DNA from: Octopus sinensis
Taxonomy: Eukaryota
Assembly (NCBI RefSeq): GCF_006345805.1
Contig: NC_043005.1
Coordinates: forward strand, 22,320,001 to 22,384,000
DNA: 64,000 nucleotides
Reading direction: 5' to 3'
Shown here: positions 1 through 14,940 of the stretch, piece after piece
Numbering within the stretch: position 1 is the first letter of the stretch
Layout: every line of letters starts with the position of its first letter
Made by a program: the position numbers and the translations under genes
The notes under the pieces: generated by a model
Database searches by the model: none
The model's input: only the letters and a program-made list of their open reading frames with translations
What the model was told of the DNA's origin: nothing

Positions 1-2134
1 TTAATCTTGAAATTCTAACCGAGGCTTCCGCGCTTCTGGACTGGCGATCCCTGATGACGTTGTCCTCAGTTGACGAACTATGGTTATCCCTCAAAGCATA
101 TGTAATCTGTTTGACTGACCACGCAGTTCCCGTTGGGCTTCCCAAGAAGAAGAAACACAAGCCCTGGGTGACGAAGAAGGTTAAACGAGAACGTCGACTC
201 AGAGATATTGCTTGGCTGAATTCAAAAATCTGGATTCGACTGCAGCTTTTGAGGTGTACAAAAACTTAACGAGACCGAGCCGTGAAAATTGAAAAGAAAG
301 AACGCTTCAGTTATGAATACAAAATCGCGGCAAATGCCAGTAGCAATCCAAAAACCTTCTTTGCCCATGTCCAGCGGAATTCCCGCTTGAACAACCAGAT
401 TGCAACGTTGGTAGACTCAACAGGCGTATCGATTGAGGACCCTTATCAACAGTCAATTATTTGCCGAGGCTTTTTCAATATTTTCAAACAAGATGATGGT
501 CGTGAACCCCCTCCATTTGATAGATCGGTACCTCCAATGCTTCGATTGGTCATCACGCGGGACGAAGTCAAACGTGTTATTCAAGGCCTCGATGTCAACA
601 AGGGTCACGGCCCCGACGGCATACACCCACGGGTTATCAAAGCGTTGGCTCCGGTCATCTGCGAGCCCTTAACACGACTATTCAATATGTCATTGGCGAC
701 GGGTGTTATACCTGTAGACTGGAGAACAGCGATAATCTGCCCAATTTTCAAGAAAGGGAGCCGCGAAGACCCGCTTAACTACCGACCGGTTTCCCTTACA
801 TCAATAATCAGCAAGATGTTCGAAACCATCCTTAAGAAAAGTATGATACTCCACCTCCTAAACACAGCCTCTATCTCTGATTCCCAACACAGCTTCGTGC
901 CGAAGAGATCATGCTTGACCAACTTACTAGTAATGGAAGAATTGGTGACGCGCATCCTCGATGATAGTGATGCTGTTGACATCGTTTTATTGGACTTTAC
1001 CAAAGCTTTTGACTCGGTAAAGCACCGCCTATTACTTGTCAAGCTTCAAGCATATAGTTTCCATCCGGATATTATACGATAGGTTGGTGCCTTCCTCTCA
1101 GATCGCTCCTTCCAAGTCCAAGTTAATGGTTCGCGGTCCGACGTCTCCAGTGCGAGCAGTGGCGTGCGTCAAGGTTCAGTGCTTGGGCCCTTGTTGTTCT
1201 TAGTCTTCATAAATGACTTGCCCGACGACCTCACGCAACACACCCTTCTATTTGCCGACGATATCAAACTGGTCGCTCCTCGCGGTAATATAGAGGATCT
1301 TCGTCGATGCCTCCACCAAATTTGGAAGTGGTCTAACGATTGGGACCTGTGTCTGAACGTGTCAAAGTGCTGTCATCTGCCTGTCGGCTCTACTCCTGCA
1401 ACTCAACTTGATTTCGAGCCGGGTCGTCTGCTGCTGGAGAGGACCGATCAGGTAAAGGACCTGGGTATCTTGGTGGATTCCTCCTTTTCGCCTTCGGCCC
1501 AGTGCGTCCATGCTGCCAACAAGGCACGCGGAATTCTGTTCTTGATTCGACGGTCATTCGGAATGCTCACAGCAGCCATATTCCTACCACTCTATGTCAC
1601 GCTGGTGAGACCCATATTGGAATATGGGATTCAAGCCTCTTCTCCTTATCTCCTCAAAGACATACAGCATCTCGAAAGAGTCCAGAAGCTGGCTACCCGC
1701 ATGGTTCATGGTCTCAAAAATTTGTCCTATGAAGAAAGGCTGAGGACGCTCGACCTTATTCTCTTGAAAAACGCCGCCGCCGTGGTGATCTCATTCTCGC
1801 CCACAACATCATAAGTGGAAAGTGTAACCTCTCGAAAGAGCTGTTCTTCACCTGCTCCAGAGCGTCGGCTGCGGGGTCATTCCGAAAAGCTCTACCTGCG
1901 ACGATTTCATCTCAATCGAAGGAGAGGAGCTTTCTCCGTTCGGGTTGCGGATCCGTGGAACAAGCTGCCAGACGAGATGGTGAAGATGCCGACGACCGCT
2001 TGTTCAAAGCCTCCCTGGACCTCAAGTGGCCTGAACTCTTTACATGAACACCACCCTGTACTAAACTCCATGTCCCCCTACATGGCCTTGCTATTTGCTT
2101 TTGAGCCAAATTAACTAACTAACTAACAACTAAC
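1..2134 (+). mobile_element. CR1/L2-group LINE, ORF2 (RT) portion, frameshifted; copy 1, truncated by the window start
   Basis: ORFs 282-1082, 1164-1814 and 1815-2114 carry RT motifs (NYRPVSLTS, LDFTKAFD, QGSVLGP, LFADD) and a CR1-type C-terminus. The element ends in a (TAAC)n tail. Confidence 0.9.
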
Positions 2135-3396
2135 ATACACTTTTATTGTAATTCAGTTTTGTATCAATTAACAAGTGATTTACTGTCCATTTATGTCTCT
2201 GGACAGCCTTACACGTGTTTTCTTAATTGTATTTATTTCAATTATCACCTTTATTTGACTGTAAAAAATGTGCACCTTTATCTTTTATTGCGTCAGTCGT
2301 TAGACTGCAACCATGTAATTAATACAAGGGTTTTAGTTGAAGGAATCGACCTCAGTACTTATGTTTTGAGCCTGGTACGTATTCTGTTGTTCTCATTGCC
2401 GACCGCTAAGTTACGGGACGTAAACAAACTAAGCAGTGTTGAAGGATAAACACAGACACAAAAACACACACAGATATATATACGAGAAGCTCCTTACAGT
2501 TTCCGTCTACTAAATCCACTCACGAAGCTTTGCTTGGCCTGGTGCTAAAGTATGGTCGAGCAACAAATTTCTAATCACACAGTCATACACTCACACGGAC
2601 GCGCATACACACACAGACACACGCGCACACACACACACACACATACATACATACATACATACATACATACATACATACATACATACATACATTTTATCAG
2701 AGTCCATTCTAACGCAAGCATTTCAGCCAGATCTCTAGTTTAAGGATACTTTCCTCTCTACTTCTCATTGATCTTTGAGGCCTTGTAATGAGTTACAAGC
2801 CATCGCCTTTCCTGCTGGTTAAAAGATTAAAGAGTCCACCAGAGATACAATGATATATAGTAAACTGACTGACTAAGGGACTTATGAAGATGATAGTTGC
2901 ACAGGTGTATTTGTAAGTGGAAGCACCAATGATATGCTGGAGGGTTCACCAGACAATAGTTTCACCAGGTGAGTGAGCCAAGTTGTACTGCAGGCTGTTA
3001 TATTGAAAGCGTAATATCTAGTGTAAGGAAGGAATGGTGTTCTGGTATACTGAGAATTCTTATTTAATGACTGCAATACAAGGAAAACAACCACATATCT
3101 CCCCAATCAGAACAAATTATAAGTCTTAAAAAAATATCTCATGATGTTATCCAAAATACACCATATCCTGATCATAAGACTGTTTATCAGGGTTAATCTG
3201 GGGTTAGACAACAACAGCAAAGAGTTTCTAATGAAAAAGGAAAAATGTTGAATGTTGAATAAGAAGATCTCCAGGAGTAGAAGAGAATATAATGGATACA
3301 ATCTTATTAGACAAATACAAAGAGAGTTGCTGGGTAAGGCAGAGTAGATATTAGTTGAAATGAGCATTGAAAACAATACCATTGGTAATGGATATA

Positions 3397-3622
3397 ATCC
3401 TACCTACCTACCTACCTACTATCTTACCTACCTACCTACTTACCTACCTACCTACCTACACCTACCTACATACCTACCTACCTACCTTCCTACCTACCTA
3501 CCTACCTACTGCATCTATCTATCATCTATTATCTATCTATTATCTATCTATCGATCTATCTAAATATATATATCATCTATCCATTCTATTTACTTATATT
3601 ATCTATATATCATCTATCTATC

Positions 3623-3670
<48 letters not shown>

Positions 3671-3720
3671 AGATAGATAGATAGCTAGCTAGTAGCCAGC
3701 TATCTGTTTATCTGCCTGCC
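3397..3720. repeat. Compound (CCTA)n-(TATC)n-(TAGA)n microsatellite
   Basis: Directly visible tetranucleotide tracts; paralogous tract at about 63170-63430. Confidence 0.9.
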
Positions 3721-3820
3721 NNNNNNNNNNNNNNNNNNNNNNNNNNNNNNNNNNNNNNNNNNNNNNNNNNNNNNNNNNNNNNNNNNNNNNNNNNNNNNNN
3801 NNNNNNNNNNNNNNNNNNNN
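3721..3820. other. Assembly gap (100 N)
   Basis: Run of exactly 100 n. Confidence 1.
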
Positions 3821-4129
3821 TTAAACTTGAAAACAAATATTGAAAATATTTATCGCAATTTCAGTAAACTGTATGCAAGTAAAGTTTTTACAGAAATTTT
3901 GTACGGTTACCTGAAAGAAAAACAAACGAAAAAAATCTTAATAACACCGTACTTAAAACCTTGCCACTTTTTCTCTTACGTCAGCTGTTGTCCTTTTTTG
4001 ACTATTTGAGCAGACGACAATCGATTGTGCTAACGCGCATGCGTTAAATATAAAAGGTAATGAAAAAGTAAACCATTCTTTTCGCTGTCCGTAACCAAAT
4101 AATCTCTGCTAATATCATCACCACCATCA

Positions 4130-4199
<70 letters not shown>

Positions 4200-4205
4200 G
4201 TGTGT

Positions 4206-4264
<59 letters not shown>

Positions 4265-4814
4265 CGCGCCTGTCTGTTCATCTGTCTGTCTGTCTGTCAG
4301 TGTGCCTGTCCGTCTCTATGTCTGCTTACCTATCGAACTACTGTACGTTGGTAAAATTTTCACAAATACGCCAGTGAAAAAAAAAAGGGTAAATAAAATT
4401 AATGAAAATAGATCCGTAAATTCTTTCTCTTGATGTGTTTCTCTTGCGTGCCTACATATCTATGGCGTATAGTAAGTTGGTAAAGTTTGTACAATACGGA
4501 TGTGAAAAATAAATAAATACATAAGTTAATTAATAAAATAAGTTGATTAACTAAAATGTACCCGTACTCACTCTTTCTTTTGATATGTAATGTTAACAAT
4601 ATGTTATAAATAAATGAATATATGTTACGATTGAGCTGTCGACATTTAATTGCATGAACGCACATGCATTAAGTGAAGGGCAATATTTAAAATAGGTACC
4701 CTTTCACTCACCAATCAGTACCCAGGCATCCTTAAACTAATATGACCAACACCACCACCACCACCACCACCACCACCACCACCACCCACCACCACCCGTA
4801 TCTATCTATCTATC

Positions 4815-4869
<55 letters not shown>

Positions 4870-4871
4870 CT

Positions 4872-7246
4872 AAACAAGGGAAATGTAATAGATAACTTTA
4901 GGCCCATCACTCTGCTTAATGCAGACTTGAAAATTTTGGCCAAGGTGCTAGCCAAGAGGTTGGCGCTTGTCATCGAGAAACTGGTCGACAGGGCGCAAAC
5001 ATGCGCCGTGCCGGGCCGGACCATCCATGACAACCTTCACCTGATGCGCTACATCATAGACAGGGTAGTTAACGAACCTGGCATGGGTGGGGCGCTGATC
5101 AATTTGGATCAATCGAAAGCTTTCGATAGGGTAGACCATCGATACTTGGAGGCGGTCCTCAGAGCGGCAGGCTTCGGTCCAGTCTTCCGCGGCTGGATAG
5201 CCGCTTTGTACAGAGGCGTCCGTTCGTTAATTCGCGTGAATGGACATCTATCGAGACCCTTCGACATCGCACGTTCGGTCCGTCAGGGATGCCCCCTCTC
5301 GTCGCTTCTATACGTATTAACTCTCGAGCCATTATTGCGGAAGCTGGCAACTTTGAGGGGCATCCCGCGAGAACTGGGATGCGGGACGAGCGTGTCTGCA
5401 TACGCGGACGACGTCACCGTCATAGTGTCTAGCCACGAGCACATCGAGCAGGTCGGCGAGACACTGAAAAACTACGAAGCGGTGACAGGAGCGAAAATCA
5501 ACCGGGAAAAGTCAGTGGGCTTGCGACTAGGCACCTGGAGAAGCAAACTCATGCCGTCCACCAGCGCCTCCGTCGTGGGACGCTGGACCGACGGCCCGGT
5601 TGAGTTGCTCGGGGTCTGGTTTGGTCCGGACCTCCAAGTGGAGAAGAACTGGAACGAGATAACGAGTAGGGTGGTCACTCTCGCCCGGCAATGGGCCGAG
5701 AGGAAACTGTCCCTAAAAGGTCGGGCGGAGGTGACGAACACGTACATCGCGTCCGTCATCTACTACAGCCTGACCGTCGTACCTTGTCCCGACCCTACCA
5801 TCACCAAACTACAACGCACTCTCTTTCCCTTCTTGTGGAAAGGATGCGTCCCGATGGTCAGGCGATCCATTTGCTGTCAACACCCGTTAAAAGAAGGGCT
5901 GGGCATGCCGTGGTTGATGATGCGCAGACACGCGCTGAGACTGCGACATCTCTGGCTCTATGTAGACGACGGTGAACAGGTGTGGTCGCCGTTTGTGAGG
6001 CACGCTTTCCGCAGCTCGTCTCCATGACGAACTGCAGTCGTGGATCAAAAAGAGGCCGAGGAAGGGCGATTGGCACCGCGAGTGTCGCGTTGCTCTCAAG
6101 CAACTCTGCCGTCCCGGATCGACCTTGAGTGACTTCAACACAACCAAAGCATTCTATAGGGGATTAGTGGAGGGGAGGTACGACGACGAGCTCGGGGCGA
6201 ACCTGGACGTCGACGAGGAGTACCTGACCCGCCTGTTCAGGACGACTTTCGGGCCAGGGCCCATGGACAACTTCCAGAGATCCCTGGCCTGGCAGTGCTA
6301 CCGAGAAGCGCTACCCGTTCGGGATAAGCTCTATAGACACGGCTCGAGAAACACGGGGCCGACCTGCCCGAGATGCGGTCAGAGCGACGAAACTATTCTG
6401 CACGCACTCGTGCAGTGTCCAACAATTTCCGACCTGTGGGCTTATGTCGAACAACTGCTGTCACGTGTGGGACGAGTCGGTTTATCAGCTGAGTCTATCG
6501 TCAATATTGTCACGCCTCCTTCCTTCTAACGGGAAGGAAGAGCTATTTTCATCATCCTTGTGGCTATGGCGAAAGAATGTATCTGGTGGACGCGTCTGAA
6601 AGGATTGGAGACAAACACTTTCCTCTCTGGTCAATCTCTCATCAACTTCTTCAAGTACCACTTGAAAAGGAAAGTGAGAGTTAGAGAGGCAAGTTTTGTC
6701 TAGCGAATGTTTAAAAAAGATGGGTGAATGTAGCAAGGATGGCACGTATGAATGACGAAGCCACCTTGAGCATAATCCTATGAACCCAGAAATTGAAAAC
6801 AGAGGGTTACCTACTTGCAAACAAATGTGGTAACATATAACAATATTGACCAAGGTTACCGTGGTCTTTTTCGTAGGCTTTTCTTCCCACGGATAAACCT
6901 TACTTGCTTTCCCCTTTACGCCATATATCATAACACTGTGATACACGATCCCTATTGATCGTTCTTTTTTTTTTTTTTCCTCTTCCCCTTTTTTCTTCTT
7001 TTTTCATTTCTCTTTCCTTTTGTTCCTTTTCCTTTTCTTTTTTTTCTTTTTATTCTTTTTATTTTATTCAATTTTCTTTTTTTTGTTTTTGTTCTTTTCT
7101 TCCCTTTTACGATCCCTCTTGATCGAAAACCTACGGCAACCCCTTTTTTTTTCTTTTGTTTTTTGTTCTCTTCATCCCCCAAAAGAAAAGCTCTACCTTG
7201 TAACTTGTCCCATCTGTGTGCAGCCCTGTGTGGCCAATAAAGAAAC
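4872..7246 (+). mobile_element. Tx1/L1-clade LINE, 5'-truncated (RT, CCHC finger, 3' UTR); copy 1
   Basis: ORF 4927-6027 has RT motifs (LDQSKAFDRVDH, RQGCPLS, YADD) and ORF 6125-6529 has CPRC...H...C. The 3' end is AATAAAGAAAC running into (TATC)n. Confidence 0.9.
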
Positions 7247-8039
7247 TTATCTATCTATGTGTATGTATGGCTGCATGTCTGTTTGTGTGTCTGCTTACGT
7301 ATCGAACTACATAATCGCTTGCCTGCCTACATGTCTACGGCTACTGTACGTTGGTAAAAGTTTCACAAATACGCCAGTGGAAAAAAAAAGTAAGCAAATG
7401 AATTAATCAAAATAGATCCGTAATCATTCTTTCTCTTGATGTGTTTCTCTTGCGTGCCTACATATCTACGGCTATATTATGTTGGTAAAGTTTGTACAAT
7501 ACGGCTGTGAAAAAATGAATAAGTAAATACATAAGTAAGTTAATTAATTAAAATACGTTAATTGCCTAAAATGTACCCGTCCTCACTCATTCTCTTGACG
7601 TTTAATTTTGACAATATGTTATAAATATATGAATATAAGTTACGATTGAGCAGATGACAATTAATTGCATGAACACACATGAATTAAGTGAAGGACAATA
7701 TTTAAAAAAGATCCTTTCACTGACCAATCACTCTCTAGGCTTCTTAAGCCTGTATGTGGCCAACTTCTTTACTAGGAAAATGGCCGCTGTTTCTTTCCCA
7801 ACGGAAAAAGACAAGTCTATGATGTACCATTCAAACAAATATAAGGGAAAACATACATGGATTAACGGGAAGATGTCCAGAAGTAAGAGAAGAATGCAAT
7901 GGATACGATCATATTACACAAAAAACTGTAATAATATGCGTCAAGTAAAAAAGGCAATAAAAATATAAACTATTCTTTTCGCTGTCCAAATTGCTACGTC
8001 CGTAACTAAATAATCTCCATTAATATCACCACCACCAAG

Positions 8040-11000
8040 AACAACAACCACCACCACAACCAACAACTACTACCACAACCAAAACACCGGAATAAAAGCA
8101 CTACTACCCACACCACCATCAACACAGAAGACGACAGAAGCACACCAAGCAAATCCATCAACAATCGAAAATAATGAAACACCTGAGAAAATACCAACAC
8201 CACCACCAACAGCAAGAACTAAAGAAATAGAAAAAGATACAAAAACTGATTCCCCATCCCCTATACCGTACCCACCACACACTAACAGTCAACAACCAAC
8301 ATCAACGAAAACAACAACTCAACACTTACACAAACATACATAGAAGCCTACAACATGCCCCTACCCCCTTCTGATTCCTCAGAAATTTCGTCGGAGGACG
8401 AAAGCAGTGAGGAATGGCAAATAGCCAGAAATGAAAAGAGGAAAAGGAGCAAAAAAAAAAAAAAAAAAGAACCTAAATACAAACGCAAACAAAGCAGGGA
8501 GATATACATCTCCCGAAGACATTTCGAAACCTACCACAAACAACAGCAACACCGACACCAACACCACAAACATATATACAGCAAACATGCTCACAGCTAT
8601 AGACACTAAAGACACAGAGTTGATGGAATACATCAAATCAAAAACAAACCTAACAAAAGATGACATAAAAGCAAACAATCACCCACACACAACACTACCG
8701 GAGCACATGAAAATACTACACATCTCACGAAGCCTACACCACACACTAAAAGGCATTTTCCCCGGTGCGGTTGGTAAATGCCAAAAATACCTTTCGAAAA
8801 AACTTTATTGGGATCTCCTCGATGACAAACCGAAGGAGGAGAAAGCAAAAACTTTCGAGCAGTAAGTAACCCTCTGTTCCTTTCATTTGTGTTTTAACTC
8901 ACTAAGATTATGATGAAGATTGGTTGTGTGGATGCGCGTGGCTTGGGGTCCCCTTGGAAGCAAGGGTACCTCTTAAATGACATAAAGTCAAACAAGTTAG
9001 AAATCATAGCTATAAGTGAGACCAGACTCCATAATCCACGGGCCCTAAAGTTCATGTTTGGCGGACAGTTTAACAGTTATTTTTTTCCTTGATTGCCGAC
9101 CATGGGCGGTAGTGGCACGGTGGTACTTTTTCGCAAGAGCCTGGATCTCGAAGTAAAGACAATATTCGTAGACCTGGAGGGTAGACTGGTTGTCCTGGAT
9201 GTCGACGGCAGCAATGAGTGCGCTTTTCGACTCGTATTAGTCTACGCACCGCCTTTAACAGGTAGGCCGGATTTCTTTCGACGTCTAGAAGTATTCCTAG
9301 GAACGTCTCGTCCCTTACTTTTAGTGGGGGATTGGAATGCTACCTGGGACACACATGTAGACTACGTGGGCAGAGATAGGAATAGTCGGGGATGCAAATG
9401 CCTCAGAGACCTGCTCAGACGCTTTCAACTGTCTGACAGGTACCGACTCGACCACCCGAATGCGCCAGCGTGGACATGGAGCAACCGCATCGGGTCGTCA
9501 AGATCGTATCTAGATAGGATACTGTGTAGGACAGTAGATAGAGATAGCGTAGGGTGTCCATAATTCCACATAGTCAGCTACACGGATCACAAACTTGTGA
9601 CGTGTACGCTAGACTTAGATAAGACACATAGGCAGGGTCCCGGGTACTGGAAACTAAACGCGTCTTTCCCATCGAGACAGGTTTTCAGAGACCGGATTAG
9701 CACGCTAATAAAGAGGACTTTGACGGGAGCCATCATCAACAACAAAAGGTGGTTTGCCCTCAAGAGAGCAATAAAAGCAGAAGCTATTAGCTATAGCAAA
9801 GCACTAGCCATAGATAGAAACAGAGTAGGGGGTGACCTAGTTAAGAAGCTAGAAGAGGCGATTAGAAGTGGCATCGTATCCGACGTTTTGGCGGCGAGGT
9901 TGGCCCTCGATCAACACTTCAACGCCAAACATGAAGGGTGTGTTGTCAGAGCTGGGATGCGTGCTTTCAGGAACGAAGGTGTTGGAGCCGCGCGAGAGGC
10001 CCGATTGGCGCAACAGGGCAATAAAGCCACCATTTGGTCTCTGGTGGTTGAACAGGGACGCGAATTACTCGAGCCAAGTAAAATGTATGAGGCCTTTCAA
10101 CAGCATTTTGCCCGACTGTTCGAGACGAGTGGCGAGCGAGAACGCAGGGTGGACTTCAGTGCCTACATGCACAGCCTGCCACGACTCTTGACAAGAGAGG
10201 CAGGGTGCTGCGAAGGTGCCATCACGCAGCGGAAGTGCAGGACGCGATGGCAGAATGCTCGAGGGACAAATCGCCGGGTTTGGATGGTCTACCCAACAAG
10301 CTTTACAGTTGTATACCAGACTTGTTTGGAGACGTCTTGGCAACGGTGTACTGCAACTGGCAGTAAAACAAGAGCATCCCCGATTTTGTAAGCCGAGGAG
10401 CCGTAACGCTGCTGAAGAAAGACCCAAACAAGGGGAACGTAGTAGATAACTTTAGACCCATCACTCTGCTCAATGCAGACTTAAAAATTTTGGCCAAGGT
10501 GTTAGCCAAGAGGTTGGCGCTTGTTATCGAGAAACTGGTGGACAAAGCGCATACATGCACCGTACCGGGCTGAAAACAACCATGATAACCTCCATCTGAT
10601 GCGCTACATCATAGACAGGGTAGTTAAGGAGCCTGGCATGGGTGGGGCCCTGATCAATTAGGATCAATCCAAAGCTTTCGATAGGGTGGACCATCGATAC
10701 TTTGAGGCTGTCCTCATAGCGGATGGTTTCGGTCCCGTCTTCCGCGACTGGGTAGCTGCTTTGTAGAGGCATCCGTTCGGTAATTCGCGTAAATGGACAA
10801 TCGAGACCCTTCAACATTGCACGTTCAGTCCGTCAAGGATGCCCCCTCAGGTCGCATCTATACGTATTGACTCTCGAGCCACTACTGCGGAAGCTGGCGA
10901 CGCTGAGGGGGCATCCCACGAGAATTGGGATGCGGGACGAGCGTGTCTGCATACGCGGACGACGTCACCGTCATAGTGTCTAGCCAGAAGCACATCGAGT

Positions 11001-12649
11001 GGTCGGCGAGACACTGAAAGACTACGAAGCGGGTAACAGCGAAAACTAACGGGAAAAGTCAGTGGGAGCTGGAAAACTGAACCGAAAACGCTGGCGCACG
11101 TGGAGAAGCAAGCCCATGCCATCCACCAGCGCCTCCGTCGTGGGACGATGGACCGACGGTCCAGTTGAGTTGCTCGGGGTCTGGTTTGATCCGGACCTCA
11201 AACGGAGAAGAACTGGAACAAGATAACGAGTAGGGTGGTCACTCTCGCCCGGCAATGGGCCGAGAGGAAACTCCCTAAAAGGTCGGGCGGAGGTGGCGAA
11301 CACGTACATCGCGTCCGTCATCTACTACCGCCTGACCGTCGTACCTTGTCCTGACCCTACCATCAACAAACTAGAACGCATTCTCTTCCACTTCTTGTGG
11401 AAAGGATGCGTCCCGATGGTCAGGTGATCCATTTGCTGCCAACACCCTTTAAAAGGAGGACTGGGCATGCCGTGGTTGACGATGCGCAGACTCGCGCTGA
11501 GACTGCGACATCTCAGGATGTACGTAGACGGTGGTGAACAGGTGTGGTCGCTGTTTGTGACGCTCGCTTTCCCGCAGCTCGTCTGTATGACCGAACTGCA
11601 GTCGTGGATCAAAAAGAGGCCGAGGAAGGGCGAATGGCACCGCAAGTGTTGCGTTGCTCTTAAGCAACTATGCCGTCCCGGGTCGACCTTGAGCGACTTC
11701 AATACAACTAAAGCATTCTATAGGGGATTAGTGGAGGGGAGGAATGACGACGATCTCATGGCGAACCTGGGTGTCGACGAGGAATACCTGACCTGCATGT
11801 TCAAGACGACTTTCGGGCCGAGACCTATGGACAACTTCCAGCGATCCCTGGCCTGGCAGTGCTATTGAGAAGCGCTACCCGTTCGGGATAAGCTCTACAG
11901 ACATGGCTCGAGAAACACAGGGCCGACCTGCCCGAGATGCGGTCAGAACGACGAAACCGTCCTATACGCACTCGTACAGTGTCCAACTATTTCCGACCTG
12001 TAGGCTTATGTCGAACGACTGCTGTCACGTGTGGGACGAGTCGGTTTATCAACCGAGTCTATCGTGAATATTGTCACACCTCCATCCTTCAAACGGGAAG
12101 GAAGAGCCATTTTCATCGTACTTGTGACTATGGAAAAAGAATGTGTATAGTGGACGCGTCTGAAAGGTCTAGAGACAAACATTTCCCTCTCTGGTCAATC
12201 TCTCACCAACTTCTTCAAGTATCACCTGAAGAGGAAGGTGAGGGTAGAGAAGGAAGGTTTGTCTCGTGAATGTTTCAAATAAAGATGGGTGAAAGTAGCA
12301 AGGATGGCACGTGTGAATGACGGAGCCAGCTTGAGCATAATCCTAGGAACCAAAAAAAGAAGAGGAAAAAAGAGAGACTCTGTAATGTGTTTTTTTTTGC
12401 ATGACATTATTGCCCAAGGTTATGGTGGTCTTTTCCGTAGGCTTTTCTTTCCACGGATAAACCTAATCTGTTTTCCATTTTTACATTGACATTTCTGTGA
12501 TACACAATCCCTATTGATCGGCTATTTTTTTTCGAAGATCCATTTTGATCGAAATTCGACCCACTTTTTTTCTCTTCTTCCCAAAAAGAAAAGCTCTACT
12601 TTGTATTTTGTCCCCTCTGTGTTCAGCCCTGTGTGGCCAAAAAAGAAAC
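8040..12649 (+). mobile_element. Tx1/L1-clade LINE, near full length but degenerate (ORF1 remnant about 8355-8865; ORF2 APE-RT-CCHC 8910-12340); copy 2
   Basis: APE N-terminus MKIGCVDARGL...IIAISET, VGDWNA, YLDR and GYWKLN motifs, followed by frameshifted RT homologous to copy 1. The 5' boundary is approximate. Confidence 0.85.
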
Positions 12650-12650
12650 A

Positions 12651-12711
<61 letters not shown>

Positions 12712-12712
12712 G

Positions 12713-12771
<59 letters not shown>

Positions 12772-12842
12772 GTCTGTCTGTTTGTGTATGTGTGTGTGTG
12801 TGTGTGTGTGTATGTGTGTGTGTGTGTGTCCGCATTACTGTT

Positions 12843-12873
<31 letters not shown>

Positions 12874-12881
12874 CTGCATGT

Positions 12882-12936
<55 letters not shown>

Positions 12937-14828
12937 TCTGTGTGTCTGCTTACGTATCGAACTACATAACTGTTTGCCTGCCTACATGTCTACGGCTACT
13001 GTACGTTGGTAAAATTTTCACAAATACGCCAGTGAAAAAAAAAGTAAGCAAATGAATTAATCAAAATAGATCCGTAATCATTCTTTCTCTTGATGTGTTT
13101 CTCTTGCGTGCCTACATATCTAAGGCTATATTAAGCTGGTAAAGTTTGTACAATACGGCTGTGAAAATTAAATAAATACATAAGTTAATTAATTAAAATA
13201 AGTTAATTAACTAAAATGTGCCCGTACTCACGCTTTCTCTTGACATTTAATGTTAACAATATTTTATAAACAAATGGATATAAGTTACGATTGAGCAGAC
13301 GACGATTAATTGCATGAACGTACGTGCATTAAATGAAGGGCAATATTTAAAAAAAGTACCTTTTCACTGGCCAATCACTATCTAGGCATCTTAAGCCTGT
13401 ATGTGGGCGACTGGTTTACTAGGAAGAGCATCCAAATAATCCTCTGATTACAGATGAAGTCTTAAAAAATACATCACCTTTAATCCCAGACACGCCATTT
13501 GATAAACATGATCATAAGGTTGTTTTCTCAGAGGTGACAAGGGGTAGAAAATGGCAGCTGTTTCTTTCCCAACAGAAAAAAACAAATCTATGTTGAAACA
13601 TTTAAACAAATCTAAAGGAAATCATACGTGGGTTAACGGGAAGATGTCCAGAAGTAAGAGGGCAATGCATTGGATACGATCATATTACACAAATGAACTG
13701 AGAGAGTGACAGAACATGAAAGATATTAACTAAAATGGCTAGCGGAGACAATATTGTTACTACAGATAAAGATGGGTGTTAGTTAAAGATGCAATGGTGG
13801 AAAGAATCCACGGCAAAGGAATATAAAAAAAAAAGCAGTTCTTTAGCTTGAAGTCATACCTGATCGAGCGATGAGATCCAATATCGAAGGCAATTCATTC
13901 ATGACAATCACCTTTGTTTTCAGGTATAGTGTACTTTGGAGAAAATCCTAAAATAAATGATGTAATGTTAAGGGAGATTTCATTGCTATTTCTAGCATTT
14001 TGTGCAAAATTATACAGGCTCTATTTTTGGCTCATGAGGATTTTTGTTACGAGAGATATGAGGAAGAAATGTTAGCTTTCAGGATGTTGTTAATCACAAA
14101 AGAGATGACAAAAGATAAGTGGCGAATGGTAATACGTAATACGTTCAATCTGAATCAGAATGAACTGGTTCTGGTCTAAGGGAAATAAATCCTACGCACG
14201 GGAGGCAACTCGGTCCAATCGTAATATTTTCCGATGCTTTACAGCATATTTCAAGCGAAGTGCGTTGAGGTTACGAGGCATAGAAAATCTTCTTAAAGGA
14301 GTTAACGAGGCATATGTAACGAATGCTTCAGACGGAGTTTATCTATACATGACACTCAGTGTTATTAACATGTTATATAATGTATGTAGATAGAACTAAA
14401 GGAGAAATCTGAAGAAACAATGTTTCTGACTGCTATATTCTAGCATGTTTTACTTTGTGAGTTTTATCTATCATTTTTCACTTTATGTAAAGAAGTAAGC
14501 AATCTTAAAACTCGAACAATATTGAAAATATCATTTATCGCAATATTCAGTAACTGTATGCAAGTAAAGTTTTTACTGAATTTTGGACTGTTATTTGAAA
14601 GAAAAACAAATGAAAAAAAATCGTAATAACACCGTACTTAAAACCTTGCCACCTTTTCTCTTAACGTCAGCTGTTGTCCATATTTGAGTATTTGAGCAGA
14701 CGACAATCGATTGTGCTAACGCGCATGCGTTAAATATAAAAGGTAATGAAGAAGTAAACCATTCTTTTCGCTGTCCAAATACTACGTCCGTAACCAAATA
14801 ATCTCTGCTAATATCACCACCACCATCA

Positions 14829-14938
<110 letters not shown>

Positions 14939-14940
14939 GC

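Larger units (their letters stand above)
1..3720 (+). repeat. Near-identical duplicate of 59745-63444 (LINE plus its non-LINE downstream flank)
   Basis: The same sequence is offset by about 59.7 kb, including the LINE, SINE fragment, CA/CATA tract, unique flank and (CCTA)n(TATC)n. Both copies share a TAG stop (1080-1082 and 60825-60827). Confidence 0.92.

Noticed and set aside
12514-13055. Long low-complexity ORFs (YLSI/CVCV/IYIY types, here and throughout)
   Set aside because: They are translations of (TATC)n, (TG)n and (TA)n microsatellites.
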